Origin: Octopus bimaculoides
Taxonomy: Eukaryota
Length of the DNA stretch: 64,000 nt
Direction: 5' to 3'
Assembly (NCBI RefSeq): GCF_001194135.2
Contig: NC_068998.1
Coordinates: 3,761,057-3,825,056 of the forward strand
Every line of letters begins with the position of its first letter. Position 1 is the first letter of the stretch. The position numbers and the translations under genes were made by a program. Shown piece by piece: positions 63,554-64,000 of this stretch. The notes under the pieces are model-generated. The model searched no databases. It was not told where the DNA came from and was given only the letters and a program-made list of their open reading frames with translations.

Positions 63554-63560
<7 letters not shown>
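63434..63560. mobile_element. 127-bp Tc1/mariner-type MITE flanked by TA
   Basis: Left end cagggtgtccacaaaatctgggtacatgg. The reverse complement of the right end is cagaatgtccacaaagtctgggtacatgg (29 bp, 3 mismatches). TA lies on both sides. Confidence 0.85.
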
Positions 63561-63594
<34 letters not shown>

Positions 63595-63881
63595 TTAAAC
63601 ATTAGCATAGAATTCACTGAATGTGCCAAAATATCAGTTTTTCCTTTGAAAATTAAGCATTTATCATCCTCATTCTGTCTCTGCAAGTAACCACTGGTAT
63701 AGTAAGTGATAAGGCCGTTGGCTCACTTCACAGATTGAGAGATTCATTTAATACACATTCAAGTCGACTCTCCTTTCAGTGATTCTTTAGACTTCATTTT
63801 TTTTATGCATATATGTGTTAAATACACAAACATAGATATAGTTATATATATATATATATACAAAGACATATATATATATAC

Positions 63882-64000
63882 TTTTCTACTCTAGGCACAA
63901 GGCACGAAATTTTTGGGGAGGGGACCAGTCGATTAGATCGACTCCAGTACGTCACTGGTACTTAATTTATGGACTCCGAAAGGATGAAAGGCAAAGTCGA
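63882..64000 (-). mobile_element. SINE family A, 3' part running off the window
   Basis: cttttctactctaggcacaaggcacgaaattttgggggagggaccagtcgattagatcgac... Confidence 0.9.

Overview
AT-rich, repeat-dense eukaryotic genomic DNA with nine N-gaps, most bordered by (TA)n. The tRNA-headed SINEs, including a CORE-type family, and the very dense microsatellites fit an octopod (cephalopod) genome; this assignment is an inference. Nearly all supplied ORFs are microsatellite, gap or SINE artefacts. By hand I found a candidate multi-exon protein-coding gene on the minus strand, with exons at about 46071-46241, 36909-36964, 16599-16694, 7836-7931 and 6699-6798. I cannot name its product. Also present: more than 30 SINE copies from at least four families; decayed non-LTR retrotransposon fragments (HERO/NeSL-like and R4/Dong-like RLE domains, an RTE 3' end); three Tc1/mariner transposase remnants and a 127-bp MITE; a 2.5-kb higher-order satellite; and two precisely phased ACGT-core arrays. 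One array has 16-bp units at 31.1 kb. The other has 32-bp units carrying TGACGTCA (CRE) at 59.4 kb, next to a CpG-rich promoter-like region. There are no rRNA genes, no convincing tRNA genes and no CRISPR arrays. I cannot demonstrate a new biological system from sequence alone. The best leads are the phased CRE array and the unidentified minus-strand gene with its frame ambiguities.
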